This document shows positions 1-12,460 of a stretch of 64,000 nt of DNA, in pieces. The notes beneath the pieces are model-generated. The model was given only the letters and a program-made list of their open reading frames with translations, ran no database searches and had not been told where the DNA came from. The DNA comes from Octopus vulgaris. Taxonomy: Eukaryota. Position 1 is the first letter of the stretch; each line of letters starts with the position of its first letter. A program made the translations under genes and the position numbers. The stretch spans positions 13,764,001 to 13,828,000 of the forward strand of contig OX597815.1 in NCBI GenBank assembly GCA_951406725.2. The letters are read 5' to 3'.

Positions 1-544
1 TAGACATACATATATGCATAGACAGGAACACCAGCACATTGATGCACACACATGCGCACAAACAGACAAAAAGAACGCTGCTCCAATAACTGACGGAAAG
101 CGGCGAAGATTTTCGAAGAAAAAATGTAAATAATAAATGAGTGTAAATTAAAACGGTGCGTGTGTTAGATAATAAGGCCTGAAGGCACAATATGTGTGTG
201 TGTGTGTCTGTGTCTGTGTATTAGTATAAATTAAGGGATTACTCCAAAAATATTACCGGTTTACTCTCCATTAGTTATTCAAAATATGTTATTCGACAGT
301 TAACATATAAATCCAGTAAAGTTCATATAAGATACGAAATTCGAGAAATATTCCATTGGGTAAATCTGAATATATTTCATTAACAATATAGGTTTACTGC
401 TGTAGAAAAATTGACAATAAGAAAAATTAGGATTACTTCGAAATAGCAATAGCATTACCTTTAATTCGATAATTATATACCGCCTTTTAAGACCAACAAA
501 TGTTTCAATTGCACCGATTAGTAATCGTTACAATTAGAAGTCTA

Positions 545-1180
545 CTAGAAGACGGTGCAGGTTCTTCAGTGTCTTAACTTGATATCCCTCGGTATGGCCG
601 CTTAATGATTTTCTTTTATAAACACTGCGTCGTATAACTGAGAGCTTTCCGTTAAGTCAGACCACAAATACTCTCTATTTCAAGTTCTTATTGGATAATC
701 ATTTACAGTCTATTTTTTCAAAACCTTGTATAGTTTATAACATAATTTTTCACTTATGCTTCACAAATATGAATTTCTTTATGCGCAAGCATCTTAATGC
801 TTGCTCTTTTCTAGAATATTTTACCTTAACCTTGGATATGAAACTCCTGGAAAATTCTTCTAAACATAAATCACATTTATTGGTTCCAGTTTTGTATGGT
901 TTTTCAATACAATTTAATTCCCATTTAATCGTATAGTCCTTGTCACTGTTCTTAAAAAACCAGATTAATTTGCTAAGATTCCTTTCGAACTTTTTTATTT
1001 TTGTCATTAAATGATCTGAAAGGATTTGCCAGTCTCCCCTTGAAAATGACTGTTGTCCCACCGAAGTAAAAGATTTCCTTACACTCAGATGTAACTATAT
1101 ATCTATATATTGCATTTTTAGTTTTACACTTACTTCCTACGTAACAGGATTCCCATTTAGAACAATTACAAAGATAGCCT
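545..1180 (-). mobile_element. Penelope-like element remnant, frameshifted GIY-YIG endonuclease plus 3' region
   Basis: Minus-strand translation CNCSKWESC..GSKCKTKNAIYRYIV...FYFGGTTVIFKGRLANPFRSF, then after a frameshift YTIKWELNCIEKPYKTGTNKCDLCLEE; matches the PLE GIY-YIG pattern (N.IY..Y.G.T..FK.R, W.I...PY...C.LCL.E). Confidence 0.8.
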
Positions 1181-1789
1181 TTATATTTCCCTCAGATTTA
1201 GTTTCAATTTGATAATTCATTGTAGAATTAAAATTAATTCCCAACAAGTTCCTTATTACTATTTACTCCTTTAGATAACGTTATCCTTCTATTCCTCGCT
1301 GAATTTTTATTCGAGTTGACGTCATTTCTTACGTTAACTTGAATTATTTCCCTTTGCATGACATTTAATTTCTTAGCGTTCCCTACTATTTGCGTTACTT
1401 TATTCCATTTGACGTTATTATGCTTCGAATTTATTACGCTATTCTGATCATAATAGCTTTTTTAAAATTTCAGATAATATTGTAATATTATGCGATGCTA
1501 TAAATCCTGCAATATTATGGCTAAGACAATAGCCCGATGTAATCTTATGCCTATTAAAAATCTTGTAATATTTGTTGTTTCTTGGAAATATTTTTGAATT
1601 GCTATATTAAACAATTATGTGTGGGCGTGTGAATATATATATGCTATATATGTGTATATGCTATATGTATATATTGTATATATAGCAATATTCAAAAATT
1701 ATGTGTATATATATATATATATATATCATTAAGATCGTGGAAAAACCAAGGAGCTCCATCATATCACAATTATGTAGGAGGTACATGCA

Positions 1790-2130
1790 CCAATGAGAAC
1801 GGCATTGTAAGATTAACATTGGAATTATCTGTAGAACTAGGAATGTAGTCTACAGTATAAGGTGCATACAGAGTGCTTGTAAAGACAAGAATATAACATG
1901 CATTGGTGAGATATCTAGAAGCATTGCGGAGAGACTAAATGGATATATGAGACAATATGACTACATAGGACAGTCCTCCATACTCTACCAATATGCCAGA
2001 GACCAACACAGAAGCATACCGGATCGGCTTGACATCCGAGTTTTATCCAAGCATCCGAAAGACTCAACGCTCAGACAAATACATGAGTAAGTCCTCATAA
2101 ATGAAACATCCCCAGTACTAAATAGGAGAT
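1790..2130 (+). mobile_element. Penelope-like element GIY-YIG remnant (absent from the ORF track)
   Basis: Frame from 1821 reads GIICRTRNVVYSIRCIQSACKDKNITCIGEISRSIAERLNGY...STLRQIHE*VLINETSPVLNRR, a classic PLE endonuclease with one internal stop. Confidence 0.8.
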
Positions 2131-2474
2131 ATACGTAGAAGGTAGTGATACCCCAATAGCCACAGTTTAGACATACACAGGTAGATTTGTTAGGAGGCTG
2201 TTATGTAGACGTTTATATAGAATGTAGGTAAATAGATATGTAAGTAAACAGATAGATAGGTACATAGATATTATGAACAGACAAACACACACACACATAC
2301 GCATACAAAAAAGACACATATCCATATGTATATAGTCACACAAACCCATAGTCATAGTCACACTCAGACATGGACACAAGAAGACAGACGTACACACAAA
2401 AATAAAAACACACACACACAAACATACACACATGCATACACACACTCACACACACACATATATATATATATATG

Positions 2475-2773
2475 AAGAGTGACTGTAACCATAACTCGAA
2501 TTATTACGAATTGTACAGCCATGAAACGATCGTAGTGTTTTACTTTTTATCCTTTATTAAACTTTTAATACTTTTGATATATATTTAAAATAATATACAT
2601 TAATTAATTTTATGTATTGGCTTACGTTTTTCATTGTTTAATTTGCCTAATAGTGATTTTATCTCTAATTTAATATAATATAATGTAATATATTTTACTA
2701 TAAAATTGGATTTAATCCTAAATCTGATTTTTCCCTGTAAGTTTGGATTCATTCCCTAATATTTTATTATTAA
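2475..2773 (+). mobile_element. PLE pseudo-LTR 3' fragment between (TA)n arrays
   Basis: GAAACGATCGTA (HHR 3' half with palindromic stem III) near 2523; its last ~80 bp are nearly identical to 35758-35840. Confidence 0.55.
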
Positions 2774-3032
2774 TATATATATATATATATGCATACAGAC
2801 ATGCATACATACATATATACATATGCTTATACACAGATACACTGAAGCACACACATGCGAACGAACAAACAAAGAAAAAGAACGCAGCTCCGATAACGAC
2901 TATTGAAGAGGTTGCAAGAAGTGATGAAAAGTTTAGAGAAAAGAACTAAATGAGTGCAATTACTCTCCCCTGACGCAAGAAAATATGCTTCAACATACGA
3001 ATTCGCATAAAAAATTATGCAAACCAAATATA

Positions 3033-3128
<96 letters not shown>

Positions 3129-3131
<3 letters not shown>

Positions 3132-4335
3132 CTTTATTATCCACACAGGGCCGAAAACATACGGGACAGATTACAAAGTAGAGCTTTTAAAAAGTAGGCT
3201 AGCGTTTCGATCAAAAGGGATCGTAAAAGAGAAAGAAAAAAAACGATCAACAATGATCGTGTATCACAGAAATGTCATGATGTAAAGTGTAAAGGGGGGA
3301 AGCAGATAATGTTTATCCGTGTAAAGATAAGCCTACGAAAAAGACCACGGTAACCTCGGACAATAATGTCACATGTTAACACATTTGTTTGCAAGTAAGT
3401 AACCCTCTGTTTTAAATTTTTCCGGGTTCCTAGGATTATGCTCAATGTGCCTTCGTCATTCATACGTGCCATCCTTGTTACATTCACCCATCTTTTTTTG
3501 AAACATACGCTAGACAAAACTTGCCTCTCTACTCTCACTTTCCTTTTCAAGTGATACTTGAAGAAGTTGATGAGAGAATGACCAGAAAGTGTATGTCTCC
3601 AATCCTTTCAGACGCCTCCACTAGATACATTCTTTTGCTATTGCCACAAGAATGATGAAAATAGCTCTTCCTTCCCGTTTGAAGGAAGGAGGCGTGACAA
3701 TATTGACGATAGACTCGGCTGATAAACCGACTCGTCCCACACGTGACAGCAGTCGATCGACATAAGCCCACAGGTTGGAAATTGTTGGACACTGCACGAT
3801 TGCGTGCAGAACGGTTTCGTCGTTCTGACCACATCTCGGATAGGTCGGCCCCGTGTTTCTCGAGCCGTGTCTGTAGAGCCTATCCCGAACGGGTAGCAAT
3901 TGTCGGTAGCACTGCCAGGCCAGGGATCTCTGGAAGTTGTCCATGAGTCCTGGCCCGAATGTCGTCCTGAACGGGCGGGTCAGGTATTCCCCGTCGACCT
4001 CCAGGTTCGTCTCGAGCTCGTCGTTGTACCTCCCCTCCACTAATCCCCTATAGAATGCTTTGGTTGTGTTGAAGTCACTGAAGGTCGACCCGGGACGGCA
4101 GAGTTGCTTGAGAGCAACGCGACACTCGCGGTGCCATTCGCCCTTCCTCGGCCTCTTTTTGATCCAAGACTGCAGTTCGGTCATGGAGACTAGTTGCGGG
4201 AAAGCGTGCCTCACAAACAGCGACCACACCTGTTCACCGTCGTCTACGTAGAGCCGGAGATGTCGCAGTCTCAGCACGTGTCTGTGCATAATCAACCACG
4301 GCATGCCAGTCCTCCATTTATCGGGTGTTGATAGC

Positions 4336-4337
<2 letters not shown>
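3129..4337 (-). mobile_element. Tx1/L1-clade LINE, 5'-truncated: ORF2 C-terminal zf-RVT region and 3' UTR
   Basis: AWQCYRQLLPVRDRL...YPRCGQNDETVLHAIVQCP zf-RVT motif (first Cys mutated), frameshifted C-terminus FKKRW; 3' UTR ends ...GGATAATAAAGAAA into (CA)n; 5' break abuts (GATA)n. Confidence 0.85.

Positions 4338-4410
<73 letters not shown>
4338..4410. repeat. (GATA)n microsatellite
   Basis: Directly visible; similar arrays near 31586-31640, 51405-51466 and 52572-52646. Confidence 0.95.
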
Positions 4411-4411
<1 letters not shown>

Positions 4412-4442
4412 CGAATTGCTTCAGTGTATCTTCTGAAAAATT

Positions 4443-4476
4443 GCAATATTTCGGTCACGGGGACTTCTTCAGAGAT
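4443..4476 (-). ncRNA. Hammerhead-like core (PLE type), weak stem I
   Basis: Reverse complement CTGAAGA a gtc cccgt gac c GAAA ta TT; palindromic stem III, but stem I pairing is not evident. Confidence 0.35.
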
Positions 4477-5219
4477 AATGAGTCTTTAGAATAATTCTGC
4501 TGTTACGGAAAGCATCCTAGCAACACCCATAGCCACCACCCTTCAAGAAAGACCGTAAGAAGTTGCTTTTACTCTCCATATGACAAGTCAACACGCTGAC
4601 ATGTTATTGTTTACTAGGGACTATTACCTAACCAGTATATGGTATGTAAACTATATGGTTTGTAAACAGTATATACAAACTATATACTGTTTGTATATTG
4701 TTTACAAACAGTATATGGTTTGTAAACTATACTATATTCATGTAGAGATTTGGTAGTTAAACAACCGGTATATGCTTATATTTATATGCAGCCACTATAA
4801 TGCTTATGTAAATACTCAGTAGTTATGTAACCGATACATGAGTAGTACCTATTTATCTGGTTGTGCAACTAGTGCGTAGTTAAGTAAACTAGTAAGTTAT
4901 AAATCGAGACACAGTAGTAAAACTAAAATAAAAATTTGAATAAGGATGAAACGAGAGCGTTCTTGGAATTTGTTTGTGTGCCGATATGCTTTGAAATGTT
5001 TTCTAAATTGTTATTCCATTAGTGAGTATATAACTATCTCTATTGTATTCCTTCGATAGGCAAACTGATCGATATCATTTGTTATTATAGTCAAAAGACA
5101 TTTACTCACATTCCCTTCCCACATCCCACTGTCTTTCTCTCCCTCTCTCTCTCTCTCTCCCTCTCTTTATCTTTTATCTCATTCTCACTTTTTTTTGTTT
5201 TCACCACTCTTCTCATAAT

Positions 5220-5264
<45 letters not shown>

Positions 5265-5728
5265 TCTCTCTCTATCTCTATCTCTATGTCTACGTGCTGT
5301 TTACACGCGGGGATTCTTCATCTCTTTGATGTCGTATAAAAAATAAAAATAAAAAAACAGAAAGGAAAGAAACCCTTCCTTTCCATCAAGCCTGCTTACC
5401 TCCCCCTGCACTAAATCTCCTTTGTTACGACCTTGACTCACTGTTTATTCCGATATCTTAATGTTCGACTCCAAACCTAATTTTCCTACATTTACTCATT
5501 TGACTTACACATTTACTTATGAGGATGATGATGATGTTAACAGTAGTCGTGGAGATGATGGTGATGATGATACAGTGGCTACAATAAAGAAGATGTAAAC
5601 GATAAGGATGATGACGACTACAGTCATTTGTTTAGACTGCTCCATTTACGATCATTTTTTTTTTGTTGATGATGATGTTGTTGGTATCATTAATATCAAC
5701 ACCGCCTTTCTGTTCTGTATCATCTCTA

Positions 5729-5729
<1 letters not shown>

Positions 5730-5762
<33 letters not shown>

Positions 5763-5889
5763 CCATCACCATCACCATCATCATCATCATCATTACCATC
5801 ATCACCACCACCACCATCATCATCATCATCACCATCATCACAACCACCATCATCATCATCATCATCATCGCCATCACCATCACCATCAC

Positions 5890-5939
<50 letters not shown>

Positions 5940-6630
5940 CCATCATCATGATTATAGGTGTCAACGTCAAGCACGACTACTACCTAACCCGCTTGAGAAA
6001 CACCACGTGCTCACTCCATATGCTAGAAATGGGAGCCATATCGCCCCCAAGTCCACAATCTCTGGATACTTTTTATAATTGAATTTGTGGGGAAATTGAT
6101 GGTAGCACTTGAAGTGCATTTAATTACGTGTCCGATCCACAGAGAATGACCAAGGGCTAAATAAAAGCATCATTACTTGCATTAACATAATTATATCGAT
6201 CGTAACATCATTATTATCATCAAGATCACCGTCATCATCATCGCTTACGTCGTCATTATCGTCAACGAGTATCATCATCATAATCTCCATCATGATATTC
6301 AGCATCATTAATTCCTCAGATGTCTGCATTCATCATCATCATCCTCGTCGTCCCGTCATAACCGCCGTCATCATCATCATAAACATCATCAAGCTGGTCG
6401 CCAGTATTTCTGTTCTCTTTATCATCATCATCGTCATCAGCATCATCATCATAACCATCATGATGACGATCATCATCATCATCATCATCATAATAATCAT
6501 CATCATCGTCATCAGCATCATCATCATAACCATCATCATGATCATGATGATGATGATCATCATCATCATCATAATAATCGTCATCGTCGTCATCATCATT
6601 ATCAGCAGCAACAGCAGCAGCGTCAGCATC
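5730..6630. repeat. Two compound (CAT/CAC)n trinucleotide arrays (~5730-5950 and ~6330-6630)
   Basis: Directly visible; source of the poly-His/Ile/Met/Asp pseudo-ORFs. Confidence 0.95.
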
Positions 6631-7397
6631 TAGACCAGCAGTAGCATCAACTCCTTAACAATAATAATCTTTCAATTCTATATTTGTCTCTTAAACTATT
6701 TACTTAGGCTACCCTGACAATGGGCGCTTAATTAAGTGGCTGAGATTTAAAAAAAAAAATAATGTCGTCTTATAATCTATAGCAACAGGAGAACAACAAC
6801 TGTATCCACAACAACGCCAGCATCCTACTGAAGAAACAACCGCGACGCTAACCCCAATGTAACAACCTCACCATTAGCAACATCAACTCTAACAGTAATA
6901 ATTCCGACAATAACAACTGTAACGATAACAATGATAACAAAATAAATAACAACAACAACATCAGTTACTGTCACATATGTAGCTTCTACATCAACAACTC
7001 TGATAAAAAAAATTATAACAAATTCAAAGCTGATATAACATCAACTTCACTAACGATAACCCCATCAGTAAAATGAACAAAAAGATACAGTAACTCTAAC
7101 ATCAACATTAATTACTGTAAAAGCGATGCTAACATCATGAACAGAGAGCAGTAAATGTAACGACAATAAAATAAGCTGTAGCAAGGAGAACAACAACATG
7201 AAGAGCATTTCAACATTTCGCATAATAGCAAATGGGATGTTGGTTTAAAGGAGAGAGAGAGAAAGCGACTTCCCGAAGTTAAATTTTAAGAATTTTTTTT
7301 TATTTTAAATTATTACCTTGTATATGTTTAGTTGTTGAATCGATAATATATGCGTATTTACAAAGGAATATTTGCACGTATGTATGCATGTATATAT

Positions 7398-7617
7398 GTA
7401 AAGTTAATCCAAACATGAAAACACAAAGAGAAAACACGACAACGCGAGCGAGGACGTGGAACAAGTATAGTCTTATTGGACGCCCAGGAAAGGAAAGAAA
7501 GCAGGAGGATTTAACGTTTCGAGCAGAGCTCTTCGTCAGAAACGTAGGAAGAGGAAAGATCAAAGGAAGGGAAGACGGCGGAAAAAAATCGGCAACGATA
7601 CACACGCGGTCACATTT
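7398..7617 (-). mobile_element. PLE pseudo-LTR fragment inserted in a microsatellite
   Basis: Contains an intact HHR core (next feature) and is flanked by TATG/TA repeats on both sides. Confidence 0.65.
7509..7543 (-). ncRNA. Minimal type I hammerhead ribozyme
   Basis: Reverse complement gttt CTGACGA a gagc tct gctc GAAA cg TT aaat: conserved core, 4-bp stem II, loopless palindromic stem III (ACGT), GUU triplet, short stem I gttt/aaat. Confidence 0.65.
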
Positions 7618-8899
7618 TATATGTATGTACGTATGTATGCATGTATATATGTATGTATGTATGAACATGCGCTTTCGAGCATACATTCTTCACACGGGGT
7701 GGTTGGGGCACCATACTGATATTTAGTATGTTGTTACAATATTAAGCGTTGTTAAGACTAGTATTTTTCCCGCTCTGAGTACGTTGTTAGGTAAATATTT
7801 ATACACACTCACACTCTCGGACACACATGCCCACATACGAGAGGATAGAGGTGTACGCGCTTGTGTGCGTATGTATATAAGTTCGTATGTATGCAAGTAT
7901 TTAAATATTCATTTCAGTAGTAGCTATAAAAAGGGCACCTAGCATAAATGATTTCTAATCGACACTCGTCATGCATACATACGTACTTATATACATATAT
8001 ACCTTCATATATATAAATGAATTACGGCGCACACTGTTGTGCTTTCCACACGGAATTCTTTAATAAGATCGAGAGAAAGACCGATCGACTAACAGGTATA
8101 AAGTTAATGGAAGACATGCTTCCGCCTCTGATGTACGGATGTATTGCGTGGTGGCGATATCTTTCCTTCCTCCTACAAAGAAAATTTACAGTTTACGAAA
8201 AATAAATTTTTTGACGAAGTATACGCCCACAGGTCTCTTTAATATCTCTTTATATGTTGCATTAATGATTAATGTCGTACTAAGTGATAGACAGTGATAT
8301 TGGCAGTTAATTTGGATGCAAATGATTTTGTATAAATCTCAGTAAAACTTATCCCACGTTGTAATCTACGGAAATAGAGCTTTTAAATTAATCTAATTTA
8401 AAATAATTTAAATGTCGCAATTATATATCATTAAATACTTACATATACATAGCTAAGATACTGAGTGTCATATATCATTAAGAGATAACTTCTGAATGAT
8501 TTGTGATCTACACAAACATAGACATACACACTCAAGCACACACACACAAACATGCACACGTGTGGACAAAGAAGCACTTACATCCTGTAAATATATGCGT
8601 GCGATTGAGGGACTGTCAGTGAAATGGAATCAATGGTACTAATATTGCTTTCAAATTTTGACTCAATGCCGCCAATTTCGGGAAGAGTGCAAGTCTATGA
8701 CATCAATTTCAGTACTCAGGTGGCACATATTTTATTTACCACGAAAGTATGAAAGGCAAAGTCGATGATAAGCGATGATGATAATAACATTATCATCAGG
8801 GTAGTATCAAAATTATAAGTAAAAATTAGTGGAGAAAATTATGAAAACAATAAAACGGGAAAATATAAACTCGATTGCTCACAAACTTCAATACTAAAA

Positions 8900-9133
8900 A
8901 TGAACCTACCCGCTCTCAAAAATGAAGTAAAGAAAAAAATAAGGAAAATAATCTAGAATCCTTGTCCGGTACCGGATCGATCTCAAAATCAATCAGTAAG
9001 TGCTAGTCACGGGGCCAAACATCTCTGAACGTTTCATCCGAATCCATCCAGTGGTTCTTGAGATATCTTGTCCATGGACAAACAGATACACCGGACTGAA
9101 CACCTCCGCCTTCGCTAAGCCGGCGGTAATAAT
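8900..9133 (+). mobile_element. Helentron-associated non-autonomous element (HINE/DINE-1-like) 3' part
   Basis: GTTTCATCCGAATCCATCCAGTGGTTCTTGAGATATC core, GACAAACAGA repeat and terminal hairpin CCTCCGCC..GGCGGTAAT, the usual HINE layout. Confidence 0.5.
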
Positions 9134-9212
9134 ACTTGTGAATGAAAGAAAAACAAGAATGTGATTTAGATAGAGACAGGGAGAAGTTGATGATCAGTGC
9201 GCGTATAAATAA

Positions 9213-9613
9213 CTAGCAGTATTGCCCGGCGTTGCTCGGGTTTGAAAGGGAAATAACTATATCAGCATTTTTAGAGAGTTATAGCCAAAAAATAGCAAAA
9301 AAATGCATTAAAAATGGGAAAAAATTATGGTAATTTTTTTTAATAATCGTTGACTCTTCGTAGACATTTTTAGAGAGTTACGTCCCTTATATAGTGGCGG
9401 AAAAAATGCATTAAAATGGAAAAAAATGATGGTAATTTTTTTTTATATCGTAGACTCATCGTAGACGCGCGTTAATACCCAGAAGGGCTCGATATGAATC
9501 ACGACTATAAGATACCCGGTTTTGGTTAAACTGCACCGCAAAATGTGGGAGTAGTTAGGAATCTAAATCGTAGGAGACAGACACTCACACAACCTTACTT
9601 TTATATATATAGA
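9213..9613 (-). mobile_element. Non-autonomous Helitron (Lep1-like)
   Basis: Minus strand begins A|TCTATATATATAAAAG and ends with a CCCGAGCAACGCCGGG hairpin then CTAG|T; A/T target, no TSD. Confidence 0.8.
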
Positions 9614-9843
9614 TATATTGATACTGGGGAGTGTATGATAAAGGTTAAATTTGGGATTCTAAGCAATAACATATAATGGAATGCTGTAGGTTGACTCCTG
9701 AAGATAGTCAGTCCAGGCCATGTAACACGCTTTGTCAAGTGACTGCAGAATAGTTTTACTTCTCATTTTTTTCCCTTCTTCCTTCTCGTTGCCTGCTCGT
9801 TCCAGTTACACTTCTTCTCCCTTTTCTCTTTCTCCTCTCTTTT

Positions 9844-10247
9844 CTCTTTACTCTCTTTTACTCTTTTACTTGTTTCAGTCATTTGACTGCGGCCATGCTG
9901 GAGCACCGCCTTTTAATCGAGCAAATCGACCCCGGGACTTATTCTTTTGTAAGCCCAGTACTTATTCTATCGGTCTCTTTTGCCGAACCGCTAAGTAACG
10001 GGGACATAAACACACCAGCATCGGTTGTCAAGCAATGCTAGGGGGACAAACACAGACACACAAACACACGCACGCATATATATATATGTACATATATACG
10101 ACGGGCTTCTTTCAGTTTCCGTCTACCAAATCCACTCACAAAGGCTTTGGTCGGCCCGAGGCTATAGTAGAAGAGACTTGCCCAAGGTGCCACACAGTGG
10201 GACTGAACCAGGAACCATGTGGTTGGTAAACAAGCTACTTACCACAC
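9844..10247 (-). mobile_element. tRNA-derived SINE, family B (internal TA/CA repeat, tail ...GAAACAAGTAAAAGAG)
   Basis: Matches copies at 24323-24705, 30127-30496, 13618-14555 and 42182-42372; tRNA-like head. Confidence 0.85.
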
Positions 10248-10424
10248 GTTAACCTATTAAAATAGGTTAACCTATTAAAATGGTCCACGTGCACCACCTA
10301 CCATGCAATTCATCACACTTGAATCAAGAGTGGACAATTAGAATGACAGTATGGCCTTTCATTTTCGTACGTTGCTCATTATTTACCTGAGATAATTTAC
10401 AAAATTGTCTTTATTTTTATCTTG

Positions 10425-10628
10425 TATTTTTACCTGTTTCAATCATCAGGCTGCGGCTATGCTGGAGCACTGCCTTGAAGTTTTAGTTTGAATGATTGAA
10501 TCAACCTCGCTACTTCTCTTTTTAAGCCTAGTACTTATTCCATCAATTCTGTTTGCCGAGCCGCTAAGTTACGGGGGCACAACACACCAACACCGGTTGT
10601 CAAATGGTGAAAAGAGGCAAACATACGC

Positions 10629-10703
<75 letters not shown>

Positions 10704-10755
10704 CGTGTTTCTTACAGTTTCCACTTAACAGATTCACTCAGAAGGCCTTGGTAGG
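10425..10755 (-). mobile_element. SINE family B, diverged partial copy
   Basis: Similar to 9844-10247 (GCTGGAGCAC, CCGCTAAGTTACGGGG, CACTCA.AAGGCCTTGG). Confidence 0.7.
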
Positions 10756-10918
10756 TTCCTGTTAGGAGAATCGGTAAAGGATATATTGTGTGGTGTTGAA
10801 TTGTGTTGTGGATAATTTATGTTTGAGAAATTAAGGGAAGAATTATCTAATCTGCGTAAATGTTGATATAATTGGGCAGAGCGTGAAAGAGGCCATCTTT
10901 ATATATATATATATATGT

Positions 10919-11358
10919 AGGTCCCGTGTTGATTCGGGGTTAACCACAGTAAATAAGGTACTCAATACATAGCAGAGTAAAATTAATTTATTATATAGAA
11001 GGAGTTTACAGGACTAGAACTGTTTCATTCAAGAGAAATCATCAGGAAGTTAGTTAACAAGAATTGTATTGGCATTTATACATTTAGGCAGGTTTAAAGG
11101 GGTGGTTGTGGGGGACTTTTTGGGGTAGGCATAGCGCAAAATATCATACTTGGGGAGTGGTCAAGGAGTCAGTGGTAAATTAGATAAAAGAATAAATAAA
11201 AGAATAAAAAATATATAGAAGAATAGAGTTTTAGGTAAATAAGGAGATGCTCACTTATACATATACACATATGTATATATATATATATACATACACACAC
11301 ACACACATATACATACACACATACACATACACACACACATACATATACATATATATAT

Positions 11359-11418
<60 letters not shown>

Positions 11419-11774
11419 GTATGTGTGTGTGTATGTGTATGTGTGTATGTATATGTGTGTGTGTGTGTGTGTGTATGTATATATATATATATACATATGT
11501 GTATATGTATATGTGAGAATCTCCTTATTTACCTAAAACTCTATTCTATATATTTTTTATTTATTCTTTTATCTAATTTACCACTGACTCCTTGACCACT
11601 CCCCCAAGTATGATATTTTTGCGCTATGCCTACCCCCAAAAAGTCCCCCACAACCACCCATTTAAACCTGCCTAAATGTATAAATGCCAATACAATTCTT
11701 GTTAACTAGCTTCCTGATGATTTCTCTTGAATGAAACAGTTCTAGTCCTGTAGAAGCTCCTTCTATATAATAAA

Positions 11775-11779
<5 letters not shown>
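10919..11779. mobile_element. Large PLE-derived palindrome (~400-bp arms) centred on a (TA)n tract
   Basis: 10982-~11360 is the reverse complement of ~11410-11779, including a mirrored compound microsatellite; HHR-like CTGATGA tttctcttgaat GAAACAGTT at 11714-11741; unpaired tail 10919-10981. Confidence 0.8.
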
Positions 11780-11836
<57 letters not shown>

Positions 11837-11837
<1 letters not shown>

Positions 11838-12077
11838 TTTATTTAAAGCAGCAGAGAATTCAACAAAATCTGTTACTCTGAGTTTCTCGTTGCCGTTCAT
11901 CAGACAGTTTTTGCTAGAAAACTGTCTAGCAAAAACTGTCTGATGAACGGCAACGAGAAACTCAGAGTAACAGATTTTGTTGAATTTTCTGGTTCTTTAA
12001 ATAAAGCATATTACTCTACCACTGGTATTTGAGTACTCTTTTTTTTCCACCTTGTTTCACATTTATGTGTTTACTCC

Positions 12078-12080
<3 letters not shown>
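11837..12080 (+). mobile_element. PLE fold-back cassette: ~82-bp inverted arms plus 3' tail, between (TA)n arrays
   Basis: 11837-11918 pairs with 11925-12006 (3 mismatches, 6-nt loop); tail 12007-12080. Confidence 0.85.
11931..11978 (+). ncRNA. Type I hammerhead ribozyme (mirror copy on the minus strand at 11865-11912)
   Basis: aaaaactgt CTGATGA acg gcaa cga GAAA ctc a gag TA acagatttt: intact core, stem I ctgt/acag plus aaaa/tttt, stem III ACTC-a-GAGT, predicted GUA cleavage after 11969; stem II is short. Confidence 0.75.
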
Positions 12081-12148
<68 letters not shown>

Positions 12149-12150
<2 letters not shown>

Positions 12151-12392
12151 AAAAAAAGGAGATGTCGAACACGAGTGGTGATATATAAAAAAGGAAATGA
12201 AGAAAATGCTGACAAATAATTGAAGTAATTTAAGTAATTTAATTAGGTGAAAGTTCTTTTTTATTGGTTGCGCATTTGTTATGCTTATCAAATATTTTGA
12301 TAAGCATAACAAATGCGCAACCGGTAAAAAGAACTTTCACCTAATTAAATTACTTAAATTACTTCAATTATTTGTCAGCATTTTCTTCATTT

Positions 12393-12406
<14 letters not shown>
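12149..12406 (-). mobile_element. PLE fold-back cassette, ~110-bp arms, 3-nt loop
   Basis: 12181-12292 pairs with 12296-12406; variant HHR TTGATAA gcat aacaa atgc GCAA ccgg TA begins at the loop; related single arm at 21632-21760. Confidence 0.8.

Positions 12407-12460
<54 letters not shown>

Noticed and set aside
3195-3230. Hammerhead-like ACGATC cctttt GATCGAAACGCTA on the minus strand
   Set aside because: No CUGANGA core or stem I; it lies within the Tx1 3' UTR.
5608-6633. Poly-His/Met/Ile/Asp ORFs
   Set aside because: Open in several frames only because of (CAT)n repeats; no unique coding flanks or splice evidence.
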